From contig JBGSMD010000051.1 in assembly GCA_041740355.1 (NCBI GenBank), positions 140,487 to 204,486 on the forward strand: 64,000 nt of DNA, given 5' to 3'. The translations under genes were made by a program, and so were the position numbers. Shown piece after piece: positions 51,979 through 61,361 of this stretch. How positions within the stretch are numbered: position 1 is the stretch's first letter; every line of letters starts with the position of its first letter. The DNA comes from Bdellovibrionota bacterium. Lineage in GTDB: Bacteria > Bdellovibrionota_C > UBA2361 > CALJRW01. The notes beneath the pieces are model-generated. The model was not told where the DNA came from, did not search any database, and was given only the letters and a program-made list of their open reading frames with translations.

Positions 51979-53100
51979 TTATTTAGCTGATTGACAATTA
52001 CATCTGCCACAAGATTTGAAAGTTGGATCCTGACATTTATTTAAACCACAAGAGCAATCAAATCCTTTAAGGTTTGGCAATTTGTCTTGTTGTTCCCAGT
52101 TATTTAATTCTTCCTGAATAATATTTTTAGCTGCTTGGATCCAACGCGGATGATCGTTTAAACAAGGAATAAGATCAATTCGTTCTCCACCATGTTCATG
52201 AAAAGATTCTAATCCTTCATTGCCAATTTCATCTAATGTCTCTAGACAATCCGCTGTAAATCCGGGGCATGCTACCGCGATATGCTTAATTCCCTGTTTA
52301 CCCAGATCTTCAATCGTATAATCAGTGTAAGGTTGCAACCAAGGATCCCTTCCAAAGCGTGATTGAAAAGTATGGATAATTTCACCTTCGGCAAAATCAA
52401 GTTTTTCAACCAAAATTTTACTACTGACATTACACTGACAGCAATAAGGGTCTCCCTTTTGAACGTACTCCATCGGAATTCCATGAAAAGAAAAAACTAA
52501 TTTTTCTGGCCTAGGTGATAATGTTTGATATTTCTCTAGAATTACAGTTGTTACAGCATCTAAATACTCGGGATGATTATAGTATGGTTCCACAACTTTT
52601 AAACTTGGTATCCAGCGGTATTTTTTTAATGAATCAAAAACAGCATCACAGTTAGAAGCAGTAGTGGTGGCTGAATATTGAGGATACATATTAAATAAAA
52701 TTAATCGATGGCAGCCCTGACTTATCAAACGCTTAATAGCATCATCAATATTATGACTTCCGTAGCGCATTCCAAATTCAACAGCAACATCCTGACCTGA
52801 ATCTTTAAATTGTTCTCTTAACTTGTTTGTGAAGCTAATAGTAGATACTAATAATGGTGAACCGGCAGCAGTCCAAATTCTCTGATATAAGCGAGCAGAG
52901 CGTTTAGGCCGAACATTCAAAATGATTAAATTTAAAATTATCCACCAAAGCCATCTTGGCTTTTCAATAATTCTTGGATCGGAAAGAAACTCTTTCAGAT
53001 ATGGACGAAGAGCCTGCTTCGTTGGTGCATCAGGAGTTCCTAAATTAGCAATTAAAATACCAACCTTATTTTCAAAATTTTTACAGCCGAATACTTGCAT
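51979..53100 (-). CDS. hemH: Ferrochelatase with Cys-rich C-terminal tail
   Basis: NLGTP, YLKEFLSDPR, YPQYS, FSFHGIP, FQSRFG...WLQPYT, DCLETL. Confidence 0.96.
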   Translation of the reverse strand: MQVFGCKNFENKVGILIANLGTPDAPTKQALRPYLKEFLSDPRIIEKPRWLWWIILNLIILNVRPKRSARLYQRIWTAAGSPLLVSTISFTNKLREQFKDSGQDVAVEFGMRYGSHNIDDAIKRLISQGCHRLILFNMYPQYSATTTASNCDAVFDSLKKYRWIPSLKVVEPYYNHPEYLDAVTTVILEKYQTLSPRPEKLVFSFHGIPMEYVQKGDPYCCQCNVSSKILVEKLDFAEGEIIHTFQSRFGRDPWLQPYTDYTIEDLGKQGIKHIAVACPGFTADCLETLDEIGNEGLESFHEHGGERIDLIPCLNDHPRWIQAAKNIIQEELNNWEQQDKLPNLKGFDCSCGLNKCQDPTFKSCGRCNCQSAK

Positions 53101-53111
53101 GAGAACAGTTA

Positions 53112-53525
53112 CTAATGAATAAAATTTTTATCTAGATAGACCAAATCAAAAAGTGGAATTTTTGCTTCAATAATTTCTTTGTTAGGTCTGATAAAGGAGT
53201 AACTTCCTTGCATTTGACCATAGACAGAGTTGATTTGAACATAGCTACGATATTCATAAACTCCTCGCGGCTCAATAACTGGTTGCTCACCTACTACGCC
53301 TTCTCCTCTAACTTCATCAGTTAAAGTTTGGTTTTCATAAATCAGCCAATGTCGGCTAATTAGCTGTATTGTTTCGCTTCGCAAGTTCTCAATATTAATT
53401 AAGTAGGAAAAAGTATATAACTTATTGATAATACTAGATTCTTCAGGTAAAAACTGAGGAGTAACCGAAATCTGAATGTTCTCAGTTGTATCTTGATACT
53501 GGTGAAATCTGAAGATATCGCTCAT
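53112..53525 (-). CDS. apaG: ApaG protein
   Basis: QLISRHWLI, VRGEGVVGEQPVI, MQGSY. Confidence 0.93.
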   Translation of the reverse strand: MSDIFRFHQYQDTTENIQISVTPQFLPEESSIINKLYTFSYLINIENLRSETIQLISRHWLIYENQTLTDEVRGEGVVGEQPVIEPRGVYEYRSYVQINSVYGQMQGSYSFIRPNKEIIEAKIPLFDLVYLDKNFIH

Positions 53526-53734
53526 TTTTCAAACATTGTTCTAAAATTAGAAATAATTTCTTACCATCTTGGTTCAAGCTAATTGAATTGGAAGTCTGAA
53601 GAATTTAGGAAGTTATCCCAGCTTTCCACAGCCTAAAGAATTTAACAAACTTAAACCTAGAATCATCAAAAAATAAAAAATAATTTCTTTGTATTTTTTA
53701 CTTAACTTAACATTTTAATTCGCATATAACTAGA

Positions 53735-54335
53735 TTCATATAGAGATCTGGGTCAGAAGAATTAAATTAATAAAGATATTAATTGCCATCGTTAATTAGT
53801 AATTATTTCTCAAAATAATAACTAGAGCCTACTAAGCCTGAGAACTTAGTGGTTAAAACGAAACCTGAAAAAATTTCAGGCACGATTAATTTCGTGGTGC
53901 TAGTTAAAATTAAGTTTTTAACAATCGTTTGTCGGTTTATCAAACGAAACACAGCACAGTTCCAAGAGTTAGTCTGCAAGGACGCGATACTCTAAGGTTG
54001 TACTACCGAAGGAACAAACACTATCTTGCAATGTGTTTAATAGAATACAAAACGACTGGATGTTTTGTAGATAATAACTATAAGTTGGAAAACAACTTTT
54101 GTTAGAGCAATAGAAAAGAATATCGAGGACTAGCATGGTATTGTCAGGAATCAATACTTACAAGTAACTCCGAACTTGAGTCTGATTAATTTAATTTATT
54201 ATAGACTAATTTTTTAGCTACCAGTCAGAAAGCATTAAAAACTTTCAGAAGCTAATTAATAATACGGTTTGTACTCTGCCCTCAAGTATAGCTAACCACT
54301 ACACTTGCAGTTTAGACTGATCGAAATTCGAATTT
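53735..54335 (+). ncRNA. Candidate large ornate structured ncRNA (~580-600 nt)
   Basis: More than 15 hairpins, multi-way junctions, closing stem ggtcag 53751-56/ctgatc 54317-22, loop-loop complementarities, GCAA tetraloop, upstream TATAAC and downstream terminator. Confidence 0.7.
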
Positions 54336-54370
54336 AGGGGATATTGGCTTCAAAACCAATATCCCCTTTT
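54336..54370 (+). terminator. Intrinsic terminator closing the candidate ncRNA
   Basis: aggggatattgg-cttcaaaa-ccaatatcccct then ttt; no + strand CDS ends upstream of it. Confidence 0.85.
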
Positions 54371-54899
54371 ACGTTTCACACTACTAATAGTCGGCAACAG
54401 ATTTCTTATTAAATTGCTAGTTTTATCTAAGAACAGCCTAGTAGCATTTCTAATCAAACTTTCTTCCATAGTTACTATAAAAGTAATTTACGTTAGTAAA
54501 TTTAACAGGCTCATTACAGCTAATTCAAATCTTGGATTTCTGTCTCCCCAAAGGTTTTGCTGCTGCGGATTGCTTAACTAAAAACAATACAAATAGTGAT
54601 TCCAAGCAAAATCGATAGTTTTTTAAAGTAATTTATTTGGGGGACTCAATATATTTTATTTTCCCAGCAATAAATGAATCTAACTCTAATCAAAAATAAT
54701 CATAGTTAATAAGTTTTGCTTGTTTTTGTGGGTATTTAAAATGTAATTTGAGAGTATTTTTTACTTATTTCTTGGTATTTAGCAGTTTCGAAAGGCTTAA
54801 TAGAAACAATGTTTTATAAAACTAGATTATTAATGTCCAAGATTTAAAAATTGCCCATATAATTAATGAATACTGAACCACGAACCGATATTAAATGAA

Positions 54900-57116
54900 A
54901 TGAGTCACAAGTATAACCTAGCAAAAATTCTCTTTAAACTCGCCTTGATAGATTATGTGCCGGAATTTGAGGTGATCGAAAAGGATGATCGGGGACTTAT
55001 TCGTTACCTTGATGAGAATCAATTATTAGATAAGAAGCTTGCTTATCTAGCACTTGCAAGAGAATTCCATATCGATTTCTACGATCTAGAATCTGAAGAA
55101 GTAAAAAACAGAATGATGGTCGATCGCCTGATTCATCGTGTTGACATTGATAAACTTGTCGAAAATAAATGTCTACCAATTATCGATCTAGGGCAAACGC
55201 TGATTGTCGCTTGTTGTAACCCCTTAGATTTTGAAATAAAAAACTGGCTCAAATTTGAATATGCCAAAGACATTGAATTAGTGCTAGCCGATGAACTTTT
55301 AATCTTAGATACCTTAAAGAAAAAAAATTCTCACTTGCATGTGACCGCTGAGCGTAATGGTGAGATTGAAGAAAGAAATGATAAATATGATGCCCCAGCA
55401 ATTAGAATTTGCAATGAAATTTTAGCTGGTGGTGTGACCAGAGATGCAAGTGATATTCATATTGAGCCAAAACAAGATATCGTTAAAGTTAAACTCCGGG
55501 TCGATGGGACGATGGAAGATTTTATGGAGTTTTCAGCTGAATTAAAAAATAACATTGCTAGCCGAATTAAAATTATATCAGGACTAGATATTTCTGAACG
55601 CCGTCGCCCACAAGATGGAAAATTAAGGATTGGTATTGGCAAAGAAAAGTATGACATGCGGGTGTCGACTTTACCAACTCCCTATGGCGAAAAGATTGTA
55701 ATGAGGATTTTAAAATCGAATTACGATCAGCTAAAGTTCTCTACCTTAGGATTATATCCTGTGCTAGAACGTCAACTTCAAGATATCTTATCTTCAACAG
55801 GTAAATTAATGTTAGTAACTGGCCCTACGGGGTCTGGTAAAACAACAACTCTCTATACCTGTTTGAAATTTTGCCAAGAAACTGCTGGTAACATTCAAAC
55901 AGTAGAAGACCCAATTGAACAAACCATTCAAGGTATTAACCAAATTCAAATCAACCATAATATTGGAGTAGATTTCGTTGCCGCCTTACGATCGATCTTA
56001 CGACAAGATCCAGACGTAATCATGATCGGTGAGATTCGAGATGCTGAAACCGCAAAAATTGCTTTACAGGCGGCAGATACAGGTCACCTTGTACTTTCCA
56101 CGCTCCACACCAATTCGGCGCCATCGGCAGTTACACGATTATTGAACTTAGGAATCGATAGTTCGATGATTGCCGCAAACTTAGCTGGAGTTTTAGCACA
56201 AAGACTAGTCCGCAGGTTGTGTGAATCCTGCAAAACTGTGCTCCCAAAAAGTGAGTATATAAAATATAAAAATGCCTTGGTTTTTTCCGGATTCGATTTT
56301 GACAACACACCGATGTATACCTGCAAAGGCTGTCATAAATGTAACCAAAGCGGTTACAAAGGGAGAGTTGGGGTATATAGTTTTCTAAGGATTACTAGTG
56401 AAATTGCAGCATTAATCTTTGATGGGGCAAGCTTAACCCAAGTTATTAAAACAGCTAAAGAAGCAGGCTTTCGAGATCTACATGAAGCGGCAGCTGATTT
56501 ATTAACAGATGGAACAACTTCACTGGATGAGGCTTTGCCCTATATTATTGAGCAGAGTGCCGAGGCTGAGCGTTCCGCAAGACCTCCAACTATGGCCATA
56601 TCTGCAAATGATGTTCAACAAATTAGGATTGCACATGAAGAAAATGAAGCAAAAAAATTTGCTCAAGCAGCAATAGATCGAACTGAAGCAATTTCTACCG
56701 CCACATCTAATCTTAGAAAGCCAGAAGATACAATACACTCCAAACCGATTGCTAAACCAAAGATTTTAGTGATTGATGATAGTGATGATGCCCGTTATCT
56801 CCTCAGTGTCATGTTAAAAAGCAATCTTTTTGAAGTGCAAGAAGCCGTGAATGGTAAAGATGGCTTAGAGAAAGCTAGAAGCTATTTACCAGATATAATT
56901 CTTTGTGACTATGAAATGCCGATCATGAATGGTCGTGATTTTTTGATTTCTGCCAGACAAGATTCTCAACTACATAAGACACCGATTGTCATGTTAACAG
57001 CGATTGATACAGAAGAAAATGAAACAGCCTTAATTGATTTAGGAGCCAGTGATTTTCTCAGTAAAAACACTTCTTATAAATTAATGCTTTCAAGAATCAA
57101 GAGATTCTTACATTAA
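54900..57116 (+). CDS. GspE/PilB-family secretion ATPase fused to a C-terminal response-regulator receiver domain
   Basis: [48 protein letters not shown] zinc motif; REC ILVIDDS...ILCDYEMPIMNG...MLTA...FLSK. Confidence 0.92.
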   Translation: MSHKYNLAKILFKLALIDYVPEFEVIEKDDRGLIRYLDENQLLDKKLAYLALAREFHIDFYDLESEEVKNRMMVDRLIHRVDIDKLVENKCLPIIDLGQTLIVACCNPLDFEIKNWLKFEYAKDIELVLADELLILDTLKKKNSHLHVTAERNGEIEERNDKYDAPAIRICNEILAGGVTRDASDIHIEPKQDIVKVKLRVDGTMEDFMEFSAELKNNIASRIKIISGLDISERRRPQDGKLRIGIGKEKYDMRVSTLPTPYGEKIVMRILKSNYDQLKFSTLGLYPVLERQLQDILSSTGKLMLVTGPTGSGKTTTLYTCLKFCQETAGNIQTVEDPIEQTIQGINQIQINHNIGVDFVAALRSILRQDPDVIMIGEIRDAETAKIALQAADTGHLVLSTLHTNSAPSAVTRLLNLGIDSSMIAANLAGVLAQRLVRRLCESCKTVLPKSEYIKYKNALVFSGFDFDNTPMYTCKGCHKCNQSGYKGRVGVYSFLRITSEIAALIFDGASLTQVIKTAKEAGFRDLHEAAADLLTDGTTSLDEALPYIIEQSAEAERSARPPTMAISANDVQQIRIAHEENEAKKFAQAAIDRTEAISTATSNLRKPEDTIHSKPIAKPKILVIDDSDDARYLLSVMLKSNLFEVQEAVNGKDGLEKARSYLPDIILCDYEMPIMNGRDFLISARQDSQLHKTPIVMLTAIDTEENETALIDLGASDFLSKNTSYKLMLSRIKRFLH

Positions 57117-57148
57117 TTGCTTAGAACTCATTGTGAAAACTTTATTAC

Positions 57149-58420
57149 TTACGATTTAAAAATAGCTAATAATTTATCAGAAATCTTTCGTTGTAGTAAT
57201 TTCCGTAGCTGCTCATTCTTAATTTGAGCTAACACTTCTCCCGCAAATGCTTCAACTAATATTTGCTTTGCTTGAATCTCTGAGAGTCCCCTAGAGCGGA
57301 GATAAAACATTGAGTCTTGCTCTAAATTACCAACAGTTGCTCCATGTGTACATTTCACATCATCAGCCCAAATTTTTAGCTGTGGCTTTGCAAAAGTTTG
57401 GGCCTCTGTTGATAACAGTAAGCTTTGATTAGATTGGATCGCATTTGTTTTTTGAGCATCTTGCTGCACAATTATGGTACCGTTAAAGGCTGTTTTAGCT
57501 CGATCCCCTAGAACACTTTTGTATAGTTCATAAGATTCACAATGCGGAGCAACGTGGTCTAATACTGTGAAATTATCAACATGTTCTGATTGCCCAACCA
57601 CATTCAGTCCAATTAAAGAAGAGAAAGCCCCAGTCCCTATTAAGCGACTAAAAAGATTATTGCGCGTGACCCCATTATTCAAATTAAAGGTGTAGCTAAA
57701 AAATCGACTATCTTTAGCAAGTTGTGAAATTTGGTTAGAGATATGATATGTATTCTGAGACTCGGTCACAATTTTGTAAACTTTTAGTTCGGCATTATCA
57801 TCTAAAAAGTATTCGGCGACAGGACAGACTAATCGTAACTCTTCTCCTTTGGAAAAATATGTTTCTAAGATTTCCAGCGATACTCCAGAAGCAACTTTAT
57901 AAAATATCCGTGGAGCAGATAAGTTAGACAATGAAATATGGATAATCTGAAGCCCGCTTTCTAAAACAAAACCTTTCTTAAAAGAAAGAATTAAAGCATC
58001 TTCAAAAATTGCCGAGTTTAATGTTTGAAAATCAGCAGGGGAAAATTTTTGCAAACTACCCAGGGTGTTTGTATTAAGGGAATCCTGCTCAGCATTTTTC
58101 TCTAATAACTTCATTTCCCAAAGGCTATTCTCTGGTAAATTACTTAGTTCCTGTTTTACTTGCCCATCAACGATCACTAAATAATTAGCTAGTATTTGCT
58201 GTTCGGATACGAGCCTGTGCAAATCAACCTTAACTTTCGGACCAGTAAAATCTAATTCGTTTAGGGGTGAAAGATTAGTGTATTTCCAATCTTCTGTCTT
58301 AATCGGCAAACCAACTTCTAAAAAAGATTTCCAGGAATTCTCACGAAAATCGCGATAGCTCAGATTACTATTTAGTTGAAGGTCTTGGTAAAATTTTGTA
58401 ATTTTATCTTGAAAACTCAT
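57149..58420 (-). CDS. sufD: Fe-S assembly protein SufD
   Basis: EDWKYT, AQKTNAIQSNQSLLLS, KPQLKIWADDVKCTHGAT, FYLRSRG. Confidence 0.95.
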   Translation of the reverse strand: MSFQDKITKFYQDLQLNSNLSYRDFRENSWKSFLEVGLPIKTEDWKYTNLSPLNELDFTGPKVKVDLHRLVSEQQILANYLVIVDGQVKQELSNLPENSLWEMKLLEKNAEQDSLNTNTLGSLQKFSPADFQTLNSAIFEDALILSFKKGFVLESGLQIIHISLSNLSAPRIFYKVASGVSLEILETYFSKGEELRLVCPVAEYFLDDNAELKVYKIVTESQNTYHISNQISQLAKDSRFFSYTFNLNNGVTRNNLFSRLIGTGAFSSLIGLNVVGQSEHVDNFTVLDHVAPHCESYELYKSVLGDRAKTAFNGTIIVQQDAQKTNAIQSNQSLLLSTEAQTFAKPQLKIWADDVKCTHGATVGNLEQDSMFYLRSRGLSEIQAKQILVEAFAGEVLAQIKNEQLRKLLQRKISDKLLAIFKS

Positions 58421-58429
58421 ATTTGTTAT

Positions 58430-59188
58430 TTATGCGGCATCCGCTTTTAGCCAATTGTAACCCTGCTCTTCTAATTGCAGTGCTAATTCTTTTCCACCAG
58501 ACTTAACAATTTGTCCATCAATCATCACGTGAACAAAATCAGGCTGAATATAGTTAAGTAATCTTTGGTAGTGAGTAATAATGATCACAGCTTTTGCCGG
58601 ATCGTTAGCAGTAATTGCATTCACTCCAGCAGACACAATCTTTAAAGCATCAATATCCAATCCTGAGTCTGTTTCGTCTAAGATTGCTAATTTGGGATCT
58701 AATAGTGCCATTTGAAAAATTTCATTGCGTTTTTTTTCACCACCAGAGAATCCTTCATTAACAGCACGGGAAAGATAGGAAGGATCAAATTCTAAAAGTT
58801 TCAATTTTGATTGTAATAAATCACTAAAGTCTTTTACTCCAGCTTCTAGCAGTCCGCGATATTTTTGAATTGAGTTATATGCTGTTCGCAAAAAATAGCT
58901 CCCTAGCACTCCGGGTAATTCAACTGGATACTGAAATGCTAAAAAGATTCCCTCTCCTGCTCTTTCTTCCGGAGCAAGTTCCAATAAATCTTTACCCATG
59001 AACTCTACTGTGCCAGCAGTAACTTCATAGCCTTCTTTCCCTGCTAAAACATTAGCTAAAGTACTTTTACCTGAACCATTAAGACCCATGATCGCGTGAA
59101 CTTCGCCGGCCTTAACTTCCAGGTTTAAACCTTTAAGGATTTGTTTATCGTCAATTTTAACTTCTAAATTTTTTATACTTAACATCAT
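58430..59188 (-). CDS. sufC: Fe-S assembly ATPase SufC
   Basis: GLNGSGKST, FQYPVE, GFSGGEKKRNE, LDETDSGLDIDAL, ITHYQRLL. Confidence 0.97.
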   Translation of the reverse strand: MMLSIKNLEVKIDDKQILKGLNLEVKAGEVHAIMGLNGSGKSTLANVLAGKEGYEVTAGTVEFMGKDLLELAPEERAGEGIFLAFQYPVELPGVLGSYFLRTAYNSIQKYRGLLEAGVKDFSDLLQSKLKLLEFDPSYLSRAVNEGFSGGEKKRNEIFQMALLDPKLAILDETDSGLDIDALKIVSAGVNAITANDPAKAVIIITHYQRLLNYIQPDFVHVMIDGQIVKSGGKELALQLEEQGYNWLKADAA

Positions 59189-59214
59189 TTCCCTTCTAAA
59201 ATCTTCCTAATTTT

Positions 59215-60660
59215 TTAACCGACACTACCTTCCAGACTAATCTGTAATAATTGTCTTGCTTCCAAAGCAAATTCCATCGGTAACTCTTTAAATACTTCTT
59301 TGCAGAATCCATGAACAATCATGGAGACAGCATCCTCGGTTGGAATTCCTCGTTGATTACAATAGAAAATTTGATCTTCGCCAATCTTGGAGGTTGTTGC
59401 CTCATGTTCTACTTTAGCCGTAGGATTTTTAATTTCTAAATAGGGGAAAGTATGTGCTCCACAACGATCGCCCATCAACATGGAATCACACTGAGAAAAG
59501 TTACGGGCATTATCAGCAGATGGTTTAATGTCAACTAATCCGCGATATGAGTTTTGTCCAAAGCCGGCCGAGATGCCTTTTGATACAATTGTACTTGTAG
59601 TGTTCTTCCCAATATGAATCATCTTGGTACCGGTATCAGCCTGTTGATAATTATTAGTAAGGGCCACAGAGTAAAACTCTCCGACAGAATTATCGCCTTT
59701 TAAAATACAGCTTGGATACTTCCAAGTAATGGCTGAACCAGTTTCAACTTGAGTCCAGGAAATCTTAGAATGAGACTCGGCACAGAGACCTCGTTTAGTA
59801 ACAAAATTATAAATTCCACCCTTTCCTTCTTTGTCACCCGGATACCAGTTTTGGATGGTAGAGTATTTAATTTGGGCATTCTTATGCGCATAAAGTTCAA
59901 CTACCGCCGCATGCAATTGGTTAGTGTCACGCATTGGTGCAGTGCAACCTTCTAAATAAGAAACATAGCTGTCCTCGTCAGCTATAATTAATGTTCTTTC
60001 AAACTGCCCAGAGTTTTCAGCATTAATTCGAAAATAAGTTGATAAATCAAGTGGACAGCGAACACCTTTTGGAATGTAAACAAAAGTACCATCAGTAAAA
60101 ACTGCCGCATTTAAACAGGCAAAAAAATTATCAGCTGGGGGAACTACTGTTCCTAAATATTTTTTAATTAATTCAGGATACTCACGAACTGCTTCCGAAA
60201 TGGAACAAAAAATAACTCCGTGTTTTTCCAGCTCAGCCTTAAACGTTGTCGCAATAGAGACAGAATCAAAAACAACATCAACAGCAACACCATTCATGCG
60301 CTTTTGTTCATTTAAAGGAATTCCCAATTTTTCGTAAGTCTTAAGAATTTCAGGATCTAATTCGTCCAATGAATTAAGTTTCATTTTTTTAGGAGCTGAA
60401 TAATAGATAATATCTTGATAATTAATTGGCGGATAATTAATAAAAGCCCACTCCGGTTCCTTCATTTTTTGCCATTTGGCAAATGCACTTAATCGCCAGT
60501 TAAGCATATACTCGGGTTCGTTCTTTTTGGCAGAAATTAAACGAACAACTTCTTCACTAAGACCAGGCGCCAAAGAATCAGTTTCTAGCTCAGTATTGAA
60601 ACCATATTCATATTCTTTGCTCGTGAAACGATCGATTGTAGTATTAGAACTCTCTGGCAT
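59215..60660 (-). CDS. sufB: Fe-S assembly scaffold SufB
   Basis: [52 protein letters not shown]. Confidence 0.98.
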   Translation of the reverse strand: MPESSNTTIDRFTSKEYEYGFNTELETDSLAPGLSEEVVRLISAKKNEPEYMLNWRLSAFAKWQKMKEPEWAFINYPPINYQDIIYYSAPKKMKLNSLDELDPEILKTYEKLGIPLNEQKRMNGVAVDVVFDSVSIATTFKAELEKHGVIFCSISEAVREYPELIKKYLGTVVPPADNFFACLNAAVFTDGTFVYIPKGVRCPLDLSTYFRINAENSGQFERTLIIADEDSYVSYLEGCTAPMRDTNQLHAAVVELYAHKNAQIKYSTIQNWYPGDKEGKGGIYNFVTKRGLCAESHSKISWTQVETGSAITWKYPSCILKGDNSVGEFYSVALTNNYQQADTGTKMIHIGKNTTSTIVSKGISAGFGQNSYRGLVDIKPSADNARNFSQCDSMLMGDRCGAHTFPYLEIKNPTAKVEHEATTSKIGEDQIFYCNQRGIPTEDAVSMIVHGFCKEVFKELPMEFALEARQLLQISLEGSVG

Positions 60661-60768
60661 GATTGGATAAGGTAAAGTGGCGACGAACTATACTATAAAA
60701 TGAATTTTTATTAAAGTTTTCAAGACCTTGTTTGTCGTGAATTGCTGTTAAAACTTGCAGATTCTGAC

Positions 60769-61254
60769 CTAATCAGGGATCTTTTTGAATTTAATGGAAA
60801 GAATCTCTACTCCTTGCTCTCCTGATGGGGCATTGTATGTAACAAAATCACCTACTTTGGCTTTTAATAATGCCGAGCCAAGTGGAGATTTCCATGAAAT
60901 CTTACCTTTATTTACATCAACCTCGTCAACTCCTACAATTGAATAAACCTTTGTCTGGTCTTGTTCATTTAGAATTTCAACGGTTGCTCCAAAACGCACC
61001 TGTTCAGAGACAATCTGCTCTGGGTCGACCACCTGCAAGCAGTCGATGCGTTTCATCAGAAACTCTAATCTTTTGTCAATTTGTCGTAGTTTTCTTTTGC
61101 CATATTGATAGTCAGCATTCTCCGAACGATCCCCATTAGAAGCTGCCCAGGTAACGACCTTGGTCACTTCAGGGCGTTCTACTTTGTATAAATGATTAAC
61201 TTCGTCTTGAAGTCTTTTAAAGCCGGCAGGGGTTATATAGTCCTTTTTATCCAT
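60769..61254 (-). CDS. greB: Transcription elongation factor GreB
   Basis: YITPAG, WAASNGDRSENADYQYGKRKLRQID, ISWKSPLG. Confidence 0.95.
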   Translation of the reverse strand: MDKKDYITPAGFKRLQDEVNHLYKVERPEVTKVVTWAASNGDRSENADYQYGKRKLRQIDKRLEFLMKRIDCLQVVDPEQIVSEQVRFGATVEILNEQDQTKVYSIVGVDEVDVNKGKISWKSPLGSALLKAKVGDFVTYNAPSGEQGVEILSIKFKKIPD

Positions 61255-61361
61255 TTTAGTGTAATTTTTGGTTGTCCTTTTCGTCTCAAATCATTATACT
61301 AGAATGAACATTCTAGTAATGTTTTAGCATCATAAAACCTTACCGAGTAAAAACAAGAATC

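Noticed and set aside
54096-54120. ttttgttagagcaatagaaa resembling a Cas9 repeat or tracrRNA
   Set aside because: Short, single, partly within a local stem; no array or cas/IscB/TnpB gene in the window
53969-54154. 61-aa minus-strand ORF inside the apaG-pilB gap
   Set aside because: Non-ATG start, no motif, and it overlaps the densely paired + strand structure; treated as a shadow ORF
54542-54645. Long imperfect hairpin (gtctccccaaa/tttgggggac with inner ggttttgct/agcaaaatc) as part of the large RNA
   Set aside because: It lies beyond the terminator; more likely an independent palindromic remnant
1627-61139. Many 60-116 aa ORFs overlapping or antisense to well-supported genes (e.g. 1627, 2033, 6206, 8795, 10558, 16143, 26314, 28167, 32590, 39140, 45750, 56084, 59749, 60870)
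   Set aside because: Shadow frames of conserved CDSs with no motifs
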